Virus record (IMG/VR): IMGVR_UViG_3300032373_001157
Coordinates: 1-29,832 of that record
DNA: 29,832 nt
From: a virus
Taxonomy: Duplodnaviria; Caudoviricetes
Strand: one strand, 5' to 3'
Shown here in pieces: positions 1-7,713 of this stretch. The translations under genes and the position numbers were made by a program. The stretch's first letter is position 1, and the number at the start of each line of letters is the position of its first letter. Below the pieces are notes generated by a model. That model was not told the origin of the DNA and made no database searches. It worked only from the letters and a program-made list of their open reading frames with translations.

Positions 1-1254
1 ATGGACCTGGTATTCGCGCCAAGCGAGATCGAGACATGGCCGATTGATCGGCTGCGCCCATACGCGCACAACGCCAAGATGCACGATGCCGATCAGGTGG
101 CAAAGATCGCCGCCAGCATGGCGAAGTTCGGCTGGACCGTGCCGTGCCTGGTGGCGGATGATGGTGAGTTGATCGCAGGCCACGGCCGGGTGCTCGCCGC
201 AACGATGCTGGATTTAAAGGACGTACCGGTGATCCGGTTGGGCCATCTCGACGAGGCGGAGCGCCGGGCTTATCGCATTGCGGACAACAAGCTGACGGAA
301 CTAGGCGACTGGGATGAGGTTCTGCTGCGCGATGAAATCGCCGGGCTGCTGGCCGATGATTTCGATCTCTCACTTCTGGGCATTTCGGATGAGGATCTGA
401 ACGCATTGTTGATGGACCCCGAGCAGCTGGGCGACGGCGAGTTTGAGGGCGAAAACGACATCCCGGAGGCCCCGGTTGATCCGGTCTCCGCGCTGGGCGA
501 TTTATGGCAGATGGGATCGCATCGGCTGATCTGCGGCGACAGCACTGAGGTGCATGTGGTTGATCGATTGCTCGGGGATGTCAAACCGCTGCTGATGGTG
601 ACCGACCCCCCTTACGGAGTGGAATACGACCCGGGCTGGCGCAACCAGGCAGGGGCCGCCAAAACCAGACGTACTGGTAAAGTCCTCAACGATGATCGGG
701 CCGACTGGCGAGAAACCTGGGCGCTGTTTCCCGGTGATGTCGCCTATGTCTGGCACGGGGCGCTGCATGCAACCACCGTGGCAGAAAGCCTGATGGCCGC
801 AAGTTTCAGCGTCCGCTCGCAGATCATCTGGGCCAAAGACCGGCTGGTGCTGAGCCGCGGAGATTATCACTGGCAGCACGAACCTTGCTGGTATGCGGTC
901 AAGAAAACCGGCAAGGGACATTGGGCGGGTGATCGCAAACAAACGACGCTCTGGCAGATCGCAAACAAGGATCAGGATGCGGAGACCGTGCACGGGACGC
1001 AAAAACCGGTTGAGTGCATGCGACGGCCAATTCTGAACAATTCCAGCCCCGGACAAGCCATCTATGAGCCCTTCATGGGCTCCGGCACCACGCTGATCGC
1101 GGCGGAAACCACCGGGCGTGTGTGCTGTGGGATCGAGCTCAATCCGGCCTATGTCGATGTTGCAGTTGAGCGGTGGCAGAAGTTCACAGGCAAGGATGCG
1201 GTGCTCTCCGGGTCAGGCGAGACATTCAACGACATCAAGACCAAAGACAATTGA
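1..1254 (+). CDS. ParB-like N-terminal domain fused to an N6-adenine/N4-cytosine DNA methyltransferase (beta class)
   Basis: N-terminal LRPYAHNAK..H and IAGHGRV..A..ADNK (ParB/Srx-like). Catalytic TDPPY precedes HGTQKP and the SAM-binding EPFMGSGTT. Confidence 0.92.
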   Translation: MDLVFAPSEIETWPIDRLRPYAHNAKMHDADQVAKIAASMAKFGWTVPCLVADDGELIAGHGRVLAATMLDLKDVPVIRLGHLDEAERRAYRIADNKLTELGDWDEVLLRDEIAGLLADDFDLSLLGISDEDLNALLMDPEQLGDGEFEGENDIPEAPVDPVSALGDLWQMGSHRLICGDSTEVHVVDRLLGDVKPLLMVTDPPYGVEYDPGWRNQAGAAKTRRTGKVLNDDRADWRETWALFPGDVAYVWHGALHATTVAESLMAASFSVRSQIIWAKDRLVLSRGDYHWQHEPCWYAVKKTGKGHWAGDRKQTTLWQIANKDQDAETVHGTQKPVECMRRPILNNSSPGQAIYEPFMGSGTTLIAAETTGRVCCGIELNPAYVDVAVERWQKFTGKDAVLSGSGETFNDIKTKDN

Positions 1255-1257
1255 GGC

Positions 1258-2451
1258 ATGAATGACCTGGCTCTACCTTCCGCAGGCTTGCCTGACGGAA
1301 CCGAAGAGGCATGCCTCTTCGGCCTCTCGCTCTGTTCCGGCGCAGGCGGGCTCGACCTCGCACTCACCCTCGCCATGCCCACATATCGAACTGTGGGCCA
1401 TGTCGAGCGGGAAACCTTCGCTGCGGCCATTCTCGTGGCGCGGATGGAAGACGCGGCCTTGGATAGCGCGCCTGTCTGGGACGATGTTGGAACCTTCGAC
1501 GGCCGCCCGTGGCGTAATGTTGTGGACATCGTCACTGCGGGATATCCGTGCCAGCCGTTTTCGGTTGCAGGCAAACGGCAGGGCGCGGAAGACCCGCGCC
1601 ACCTCTGGCCCCACATTGCCCGGATCATCGGCGAAATCAAACCGCCCTTTGTCTTCCTTGAGAATGTCGCCCATCATCTGCGCCTCGGCTTCCCCGAAGT
1701 CGCCGCAGGACTGGTCGGCATGGGCTACCGACTTGCGGCGGGCCTCTTTACGGCGGCGGAAGTCGGTGCGCCCCACAAACGGGAGCGCCGGTTCATCCTC
1801 GCGATTCGCGAAGGTGACGAACTGGCCGACCCCGCGCGCTTGCTCTGGGACCCGCTCGAGTGGCGGGAACCGGACCGAGATGCTGCGCCTCTGGCCCACG
1901 CCTCGCGCCAGTGCCAACGAGAACCGTCAGACCAAGCCGACACCGTCGCAGGAGGCGGGCAAGCACGGAATGAATCTCGCGACGAGCGCGGCGATGTGGC
2001 CGACGCCGCAGACCGACAGTTTCCGGAGCCGCGGCGGAGACCGGAAACACGAGAAGGGTCTGGGCCGCATGGCGCGGGACTGGCCGACGCCGATGGCGAA
2101 CGATGGCTGCAAGCCGAGTGCAGGCAACCGCAAGACAGCCGATCTGACCCATGTCAGACGCATGTGGATGACGCCGACGGCGCGGGATCACAAGGACGGG
2201 GCGACAACACTGGCGAACACGCCAGTGAACGGCCTGCTTGGCCGCCAGGTCCTGGTGACGCCGATGGCTGGGAACGATACCTCCGATACGCGCCGGACCT
2301 TGAACCCAGCATTCGTCGAGGCGCTGATGGGCGGCCCACCGGGTGGACCGGCTTCGCCTCTGTGGCAACGGCGTGGTCCCCCTGGTTGCAGCGCATGCAC
2401 TCAGAACTCTGGCAGCTGAACTGCTGGCCGATGGATGAGGTCGCGGGATGA
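1258..2451 (+). CDS. DNA (cytosine-5)-methyltransferase, main frame; C-terminal motif X is out of frame (probable frameshift near 2332)
   Basis: Motif I SLCSGAGG, motif IV GYPCQPFS, motif VI FLENV, motif VIII APHKRER. Motif X-like DRLRLCGNGVVP is read in another frame at about 2346-2381. Confidence 0.85.
   Translation: MNDLALPSAGLPDGTEEACLFGLSLCSGAGGLDLALTLAMPTYRTVGHVERETFAAAILVARMEDAALDSAPVWDDVGTFDGRPWRNVVDIVTAGYPCQPFSVAGKRQGAEDPRHLWPHIARIIGEIKPPFVFLENVAHHLRLGFPEVAAGLVGMGYRLAAGLFTAAEVGAPHKRERRFILAIREGDELADPARLLWDPLEWREPDRDAAPLAHASRQCQREPSDQADTVAGGGQARNESRDERGDVADAADRQFPEPRRRPETREGSGPHGAGLADADGERWLQAECRQPQDSRSDPCQTHVDDADGAGSQGRGDNTGEHASERPAWPPGPGDADGWERYLRYAPDLEPSIRRGADGRPTGWTGFASVATAWSPWLQRMHSELWQLNCWPMDEVAG
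1262..2419 (+). CDS. Overlapping +1-frame ORF with WPTP repeats and a motif IX-like segment (putative second methyltransferase polypeptide)
   Basis: 385 stop-free codons on the same strand as the methyltransferase. GAGG at 1253-1256 lies 5 nt before this ATG. Six W[P/M]TP-like repeats and RRTLNPAFVEALMG near the end. Confidence 0.6.
   Translation: MTWLYLPQACLTEPKRHASSASRSVPAQAGSTSHSPSPCPHIELWAMSSGKPSLRPFSWRGWKTRPWIARLSGTMLEPSTAARGVMLWTSSLRDIRASRFRLQANGRARKTRATSGPTLPGSSAKSNRPLSSLRMSPIICASASPKSPQDWSAWATDLRRASLRRRKSVRPTNGSAGSSSRFAKVTNWPTPRACSGTRSSGGNRTEMLRLWPTPRASANENRQTKPTPSQEAGKHGMNLATSAAMWPTPQTDSFRSRGGDRKHEKGLGRMARDWPTPMANDGCKPSAGNRKTADLTHVRRMWMTPTARDHKDGATTLANTPVNGLLGRQVLVTPMAGNDTSDTRRTLNPAFVEALMGGPPGGPASPLWQRRGPPGCSACTQNSGS
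1823..2267 (+). repeat. Degenerate repeat array (TGGCCGACGCC-like cores, 69-105 bp spacing)
   Basis: Cores at 1823, 1892, 1997, 2081, 2165 and 2252 encode WPTP, WPTP, WPTP, WPTP, WMTP and LVTP in the +1 frame, and LAD/LAH/VAD/VDD-type residues in the main frame. Confidence 0.75.
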
Positions 2452-2460
2452 AACTGCTGC

Positions 2461-2493
2461 GCATGGGGCGGCGTTGCATCTCTGCCCCGATGC
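2461..2493. terminator. Hairpin between convergent genes (possible terminator)
   Basis: GCATGGGGCGG...CTGCCCCGATGC imperfect inverted repeat between the methyltransferase stop and the 2523 stop; no clear U-tract. Confidence 0.3.
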
Positions 2494-2522
2494 AAGCTGT
2501 TTGCACAATTATTCGCGGGGCG

Positions 2523-3062
2523 TCAGGCGGCGGGGAGCCTGTAAACACGCCCGCGCCCCTCGATCTTTTCCGAGGTGACCTTGAGCCCGAGCTTTTTCTT
2601 CAGCACCCCGGAAACCGCCCCACGTACAGTATGACTCTGCCAACCAATTGCATTGACGATCTCCTCAACGGTCGCCCCGTCCGGGGTTTCCAGCAGCGCG
2701 ATCAGCTTCGCCTGTTTGGTGCCCGCACGCGGGGAGGGCAGTTTCACATCCGGTTTCCCGGCCGCGTGCTTTTGGATCGCGATCATCGTCCGGGCGACCA
2801 CCGTTTCAGTTCCAATGGCCAGCAGCCCCGCCTCTGTCGCCACCAGCGTGGTGCCGTGACCGTCGCCGGTCTCGCGCCAGAGCGGCTCGCCATTGCGGAT
2901 GTTTGCGTCAACCTCGTCAAGCAGCCTTCGTGCCAGCATCACGCTAACGACCTTCCCGGCGGCAGCGCCATGCAGGCCTTTGGGCAAAGGAAGGGCGACA
3001 AGGCCAGGGCGCTGGGCTGCCGCGTTCAGGATCTGAGATTGGGTTTGAGACGGTTTTGTCAT
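2523..3062 (-). CDS. DUF3489-like winged-helix protein
   Basis: C-terminal PRAGTKQAKLIALL..PDGAT..EI..AIGWQSHTVRGAVSG.LKKKLGL pattern. Start placed at ATG 3062 (MTKPSQTQ), downstream of GAAAGA. Confidence 0.75.
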   Translation of the reverse strand: MTKPSQTQSQILNAAAQRPGLVALPLPKGLHGAAAGKVVSVMLARRLLDEVDANIRNGEPLWRETGDGHGTTLVATEAGLLAIGTETVVARTMIAIQKHAAGKPDVKLPSPRAGTKQAKLIALLETPDGATVEEIVNAIGWQSHTVRGAVSGVLKKKLGLKVTSEKIEGRGRVYRLPAA

Positions 3063-3151
3063 GAAGTGATCTTTCATATCGGCGCGCGGGAGGCACAGCC
3101 TGCTGCGGCGGCACGCCCCGCCAATTCGGGGCAGGCCTAAAGCAGGATACG

Positions 3152-3379
3152 TCATTCGGCGTGCGCACCCTCGTTAAAGGCGCTGTCGGTGATCTGACGC
3201 AGCAGGCTGGCATAATGGGTCAGGGTGCCAACATCGCCCCAGTCGACCGCATCGGGGTTGGTGTCGAAATGATCCGCGCTGAAGGTTGTCAAGCGCGCCA
3301 GCGCCGTGTCGATCTCGGCTTTGGCGGTCAGGAAGGCGTTCAGGGCTTTGGAATTGTCAGTTGTGCGGCGGGGTGTCAT
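3152..3379 (-). CDS. Small phage hypothetical protein (75 aa)
   Basis: ATG 3379 preceded by GGAGAC. DHFDTNPDAVDWGDVGTL..YASLL motif typical of the small gene upstream of DUF3489 in such prophages. Confidence 0.7.
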   Translation of the reverse strand: MTPRRTTDNSKALNAFLTAKAEIDTALARLTTFSADHFDTNPDAVDWGDVGTLTHYASLLRQITDSAFNEGAHAE

Positions 3380-3406
3380 GGCGGGGTCTCCGGGACTATG
3401 GTGCAT

Positions 3407-3497
3407 CGTTTTGTTGCAATCAGAATCGCTCTTGTGCCGAGCTTAATCAACTGAATATCCAGCAATATCATTGCTTTATTGATCATTCGGACGGACC
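3407..3497. promoter_or_regulatory. AT-rich divergent promoter region with palindrome AGCAAT-ATC-ATTGCT (3461-3475)
   Basis: AT-rich gap between the leftward small operon and the rightward small terminase gene. Perfect 6-bp inverted repeat, flanked by ATCAA (3446-3450) and TTGAT (3479-3483). Confidence 0.45.
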
Positions 3498-4037
3498 ATG
3501 AACGGCATGAGCGAGCGGGAATATGCGGCCCATTCCGGCCTGTCGCGCGGCGCGATCCAGAAGGCAAAACAAGCCGGTCGGTTGGTGGTGTTTGCAGATG
3601 GCTCGATCAACGCCGCCGCCTCGGATGCGAGGCGCGCAGAGATGACAGACCCGGACCAGCAGCGCCGATCCGTCAAGGCTGGCGAAAGCAGCGTCGGCGG
3701 CGCTGGTGACAGTACGTCCTATCTGAGGGCGCGCACCGCCCTCACGGTCTATCAGGCTCAGGAACGCCAGATCGCCATTCAGAAAAAGAAGGGCGCGCTG
3801 GTTGACCGGGCCCGCGCTGAAACCCTGGTGTTTCGTCTCGCAAGGCAGGAACGCGATGTCTGGGTCACCTGGCCTGCGCGTGTGGCCGCCCTGATGGCCG
3901 CTGAAGTCGCGGCAGAAATCGAACAAGCTACCGGAACGCCGCTGACCATCGAGACCGCGATCCTGCAAAGGGTGCTTGAAGCCCATGTCCGCGACCAGCT
4001 CGACGCCCTCGCCGATCTCAAGGTCACACTTGGATGA
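3498..4037 (+). CDS. Terminase small subunit (lambda Nu1-like)
   Basis: N-terminal HTH-like MSEREYAAHSGLSRGAIQKA, helical C-terminal half, directly upstream of and overlapping the large terminase. Confidence 0.75.
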   Translation: MNGMSEREYAAHSGLSRGAIQKAKQAGRLVVFADGSINAAASDARRAEMTDPDQQRRSVKAGESSVGGAGDSTSYLRARTALTVYQAQERQIAIQKKKGALVDRARAETLVFRLARQERDVWVTWPARVAALMAAEVAAEIEQATGTPLTIETAILQRVLEAHVRDQLDALADLKVTLG

Positions 4038-6000
4038 AGAAGGGCTGGATCCGGACTTTGACGGGGCTGAGGGCCTGCTGCGGGCCTGGCGAAACGGTCT
4101 CAGGCCCGATCCTGATCTGACGGTTGCTGAATGGGCTGACCAGCACCGCTGGCTGTCCTCACGTGCCAGTGCGGAACCGGGGCGCTACCGCACCGACCGC
4201 ACGCCCTATCTGCGCGCGATCATGGATGCGCTGAGCCCGAACGACCCGGCGCAAAAAGTGACCTTCATGAAGGCCGCGCAGGTCGGCGCAACCGAGGCGG
4301 GCAATAACTGGATCGGGTTCGTCATCCATCACGCGCCGGGGCCGATGCTTGCCGTGCTGCCAACCGTGGAGATGGCCAAGCGCAATTCACGCCAGAGGCT
4401 TGATCCGCTGATCGAGGAAAGCCCGGCGCTCAGCGAGCGGGTGCAACCGTCACGGTCGCGTGACGCGGGCAACACCATGCTGTCAAAAGAGTTTCCCGGC
4501 GGCATTCTGGTGCTGACCGGCGCCAACTCTGCGGTTGGCCTGCGCTCAATGCCCGCGCGCTATATCTTTCTGGACGAGGTCGATGCCTATCCGGCCTCGG
4601 CTGATGAGGAAGGTGATCCGGTCACACTGGCGGAAGCGCGTACCACCACCTTTGCGCATCGGCGCAAGGTGTTCATGGTCTCAACCCCGACGGTGCGCGG
4701 GGTCAGCCGGATCGAGCGGGAATTTGAAGCCAGCGATCAGCGGCGCTACTTTGTGCCCTGCCCGCAATGTGGCCACTGCCAGGCGCTGCAGTTTGAGCGT
4801 CTGCGCTGGGATAAGGGAAACCCGGAAACCGCCCGGTATATCTGCGAGGCCTGTGAAGCCGCGATCGCCGAGCATCACAAGACGGCCATGCTCGCGGCGG
4901 GCACCTGGCAGGCGACCTCGGTGTCACAAGACCCGCGTCATGTCGGGTTTCATATCTCAGCACTTTATTCGCCAATCGGCTGGCTGTCCTGGGAGCAGAT
5001 TGCGCGCAACTGGGAGGCCGCGCAGGGTTCTGAGGATCTGTTGCGCGTCGCGCGCAACACCATTCTGGGCGAGACCTGGGTTGAACGCGGCGATGCGCCG
5101 GAATGGCAACGCCTGCAGGACCGGCGCGAATCCTTCAAGGGCGTCGATATCCCGATGCGGGGATTGTTTCTGACCGCCGGGGCTGACGTGCAGAAAGACC
5201 GGATCGAGATTGATATCTGGGCCTGGGGCCGCGGGCTGGAAAGCTGGCTGGTGGAACATATCGTCCTTGAAGGTGGGCCGGGCGAGCCCATGGCATGGGA
5301 TCAGCTGACAGCCCTCTTGGGTAAATCCTGGGCGCATGAAAGCGGGGCTGTGATGCAGCTGGCAAAGCTGGCGATCGACACCGGCTATGAGACCGCGGCG
5401 GTCTATGCCTGGGCCCGCAAACAAGGTTTTGCGCAAGTCGCGCCTGTCAAGGGGGTTGAGAGCTTCAACCGGGCAGCGCCGGTCACCGGGCCGACTTTTG
5501 TGGATGCCAGCAGTGCCGGCAAACGCCTGCGGCGCGGCGCACGGCTTTGGACCGTGGCGGTCTCGAGTTTCAAAGCCGAGACCTATCGCTTCCTGCGCCT
5601 TGAGCGGCCCAGCGATGAAGACCGGAGTCTTGGTGTCTGCGATCCGGACGGCACCGTGCATCTGCCCGATTGGGCCCCAAGTGAATGGCTGAAACAGCTG
5701 GTCGGCGAACAACTGGTCACCATTCGCAACAAGCGCGGCTTTTCACGCCTTGAATGGCAGAAAATGCGCGAGCGCAACGAAGCGCTGGACTGCCGGGTAT
5801 ATGCCCGCGCCGCCGCCTGGATTCTTGGTGCAGATCGCTGGACCGAAGACACCTGGGCCTCGCTGGAAGCCCAGGCCGGGATTGAGACCAAAGCGGAAAC
5901 TACCGTTGAAACGACGACGCCTGCCACAGCAACGGCGGGCAGCGTGGAAACCCCGCGCCGCAGGCGGCGACGGAGTTACACGCCCAAATACATGGAATGA
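3976..6000 (+). CDS. Terminase large subunit (lambda gpA family); true start possibly near TTG 4030
   Basis: Walker A-like KAAQVGATE, Walker B YIFLDEVD, STPT coupling motif, CPQC...CEAC zinc motif, nuclease motifs ADVQ, IDTG and NEALDC. Confidence 0.95.
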   Translation: MKPMSATSSTPSPISRSHLDEEGLDPDFDGAEGLLRAWRNGLRPDPDLTVAEWADQHRWLSSRASAEPGRYRTDRTPYLRAIMDALSPNDPAQKVTFMKAAQVGATEAGNNWIGFVIHHAPGPMLAVLPTVEMAKRNSRQRLDPLIEESPALSERVQPSRSRDAGNTMLSKEFPGGILVLTGANSAVGLRSMPARYIFLDEVDAYPASADEEGDPVTLAEARTTTFAHRRKVFMVSTPTVRGVSRIEREFEASDQRRYFVPCPQCGHCQALQFERLRWDKGNPETARYICEACEAAIAEHHKTAMLAAGTWQATSVSQDPRHVGFHISALYSPIGWLSWEQIARNWEAAQGSEDLLRVARNTILGETWVERGDAPEWQRLQDRRESFKGVDIPMRGLFLTAGADVQKDRIEIDIWAWGRGLESWLVEHIVLEGGPGEPMAWDQLTALLGKSWAHESGAVMQLAKLAIDTGYETAAVYAWARKQGFAQVAPVKGVESFNRAAPVTGPTFVDASSAGKRLRRGARLWTVAVSSFKAETYRFLRLERPSDEDRSLGVCDPDGTVHLPDWAPSEWLKQLVGEQLVTIRNKRGFSRLEWQKMRERNEALDCRVYARAAAWILGADRWTEDTWASLEAQAGIETKAETTVETTTPATATAGSVETPRRRRRRSYTPKYME

Positions 6001-6212
6001 CGATGACGCTTGAACAGATGCAGGCCCAGCTCAGTGCGCTGATGACGGCCCGTTTCGCCGGGGTGCGCGCGGTCAATTACGATGGCCGCCAGGTCACCTA
6101 TGGCAGTGACGCAGAACTGGCAGCCGCGATTACCGATCTTGAAGGGCGGATTGCCCGGACCGAGGGTCGCCCTTCAAGGGTCTCCCGGCCCTATGCGGTC
6201 AAAGATCTCTGA
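5997..6212 (+). CDS. gpW-like head-tail joining protein
   Basis: 71 aa with GVRAVNYDGRQVTY..DAELAAAI..LE, between terminase and portal as in lambda; ATGA overlap. Confidence 0.8.
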   Translation: MTMTLEQMQAQLSALMTARFAGVRAVNYDGRQVTYGSDAELAAAITDLEGRIARTEGRPSRVSRPYAVKDL

Positions 6213-6213
6213 A

Positions 6214-7713
6214 ATGGTACTGGGGGCCGGAATGACCTGGCGCGCCCGCATCGGGGCCTGGGTCGGGGGTTTTGATGCGGCCCTCAGCCATCGCCGCCTG
6301 CGCGGGTTCCGCCCGGCCCGCGCCCATGTAAACGCATTGATTGCTGCGGCCGGTCCTGAAATGAATGCCCGCGCCCGCTGGCTTGTGCGCAACAATGGCT
6401 ATGCCGCCAATGCGATCGAAAGCTGGGCCGCCAATACCGTGGGCGATGGCATCAAACCCAACGCTTTGATCCGGCAGGCGCGTCAGAAAGAAGCGCTGCA
6501 GGCGCTGTGGCTGGCCTGGACCGATGAGGCGGACGCTGAGGGTCTGACGGATTTTTACGGCCTGCAGCGCCGCGCTGCGCGCGAGGTCTTCATGACTGGC
6601 GAGGTGTTTCTGCGCTTCCGACCGCGTCGGGCTGAGGATGGCTTAAGGGTGCCGCTGCAATTGCAGATGCTGCCGGCCGAAATGCTGCCGCTTACCCATA
6701 ACGGTACCGACCGGAATGGCAATGTAATCCGTCAGGGCATCGAGTTTGACCCTGTGGGTCGGCGTGTGGCCTATCACTTCCTGCGCCGTCATCCCTCTGA
6801 CAGCACCGATCCCGGGCTCGCCGGAGAAACCAGCCGGGTTCCGGCCTCTGAGGTGATCCATGTGATTGACCCGCTTGAGGCCGGGCAATTGCGCGGCGTG
6901 TCGCGCTTTGCCGCCGCCATCGTCAAGCTGTTCCTCTTGGATCAATACGACGATGCCGAACTTGACCGCAAAAAGGTCGCGGCGATGTATGCGATGTTTG
7001 TGACCTCGCCTGCACCGGACAATCCGCTGGCCCCTTCGGATGAAGACTATGACGTTGCCCCCGGTCAGGTGGTGCGGCTTGACCCGGGAGAGGACGTCAC
7101 CATTGGTCAGCCCGCAGAATCCGGGGCAACCTATGAGCCGTTTCAGTACCGCACGTTGTTGCAGGTCTCCGCAGCCCTCGGCATTCCTTATGCCTATCTC
7201 ACCAATGACATGGTGAAGGGCAATTTCTCAAATTCGCGCCTGTCATTGATCGAGTTTCGCCGCCGGGTCTCGGCCTGGCAGCATTCCGTGATGGTCTACC
7301 AGATGTGTCGCCCGGTCTGGGCGCATTGGATGGACACGGCGGTTCTGACCGGTGCGCTTGCATTGCCGCGCTATGAAACGAGGCGGCAGGACTATCTGAG
7401 CTGCAACTGGCTGCCGATGAAATGGGATTGGGTCGATCCGCTGAAGGATGCCAATGCCGAGATCGCCCAGATCGAGGCCGGGCTCAAATCCCGCAGTCAG
7501 GCGATCTCCGAGCGCGGTTATGACGCCGAGCAGGTCGATCGCGAAATCGCCCTGGACCGCGCGCGAGAGCGTCAGATGGGTCTGGACTTTCGCCGCCCCG
7601 GCTCACCGGCGCAAGGCCCGGACGGCGGACAACAGGCCACGTCACCGCAGGATGGTACGGCTGACGGGCAAACCGACAGCGAACCCGCGCAAACCCAACC
7701 GGATGAGGGATGA
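6214..7713 (+). CDS. Portal protein, lambda family (start ATG 6214 or 6232)
   Basis: RARWLVRNNGYA, GQLRGVS, NFSNSRLSL.EFRR and WDWVDPLKD motifs of lambda gpB-type portals; synteny. Confidence 0.95.
   Translation: MVLGAGMTWRARIGAWVGGFDAALSHRRLRGFRPARAHVNALIAAAGPEMNARARWLVRNNGYAANAIESWAANTVGDGIKPNALIRQARQKEALQALWLAWTDEADAEGLTDFYGLQRRAAREVFMTGEVFLRFRPRRAEDGLRVPLQLQMLPAEMLPLTHNGTDRNGNVIRQGIEFDPVGRRVAYHFLRRHPSDSTDPGLAGETSRVPASEVIHVIDPLEAGQLRGVSRFAAAIVKLFLLDQYDDAELDRKKVAAMYAMFVTSPAPDNPLAPSDEDYDVAPGQVVRLDPGEDVTIGQPAESGATYEPFQYRTLLQVSAALGIPYAYLTNDMVKGNFSNSRLSLIEFRRRVSAWQHSVMVYQMCRPVWAHWMDTAVLTGALALPRYETRRQDYLSCNWLPMKWDWVDPLKDANAEIAQIEAGLKSRSQAISERGYDAEQVDREIALDRARERQMGLDFRRPGSPAQGPDGGQQATSPQDGTADGQTDSEPAQTQPDEG

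Noticed and set aside
1823-2267. Repeat array as a CRISPR array or DGR template
   Set aside because: Cores are short, degenerate and codon-phased; no cas or reverse transcriptase gene and no adenine-specific variant pair seen.
2448-3140. 230-aa plus-strand ORF
   Set aside because: Antisense shadow of the DUF3489-like gene; no recognisable motifs.
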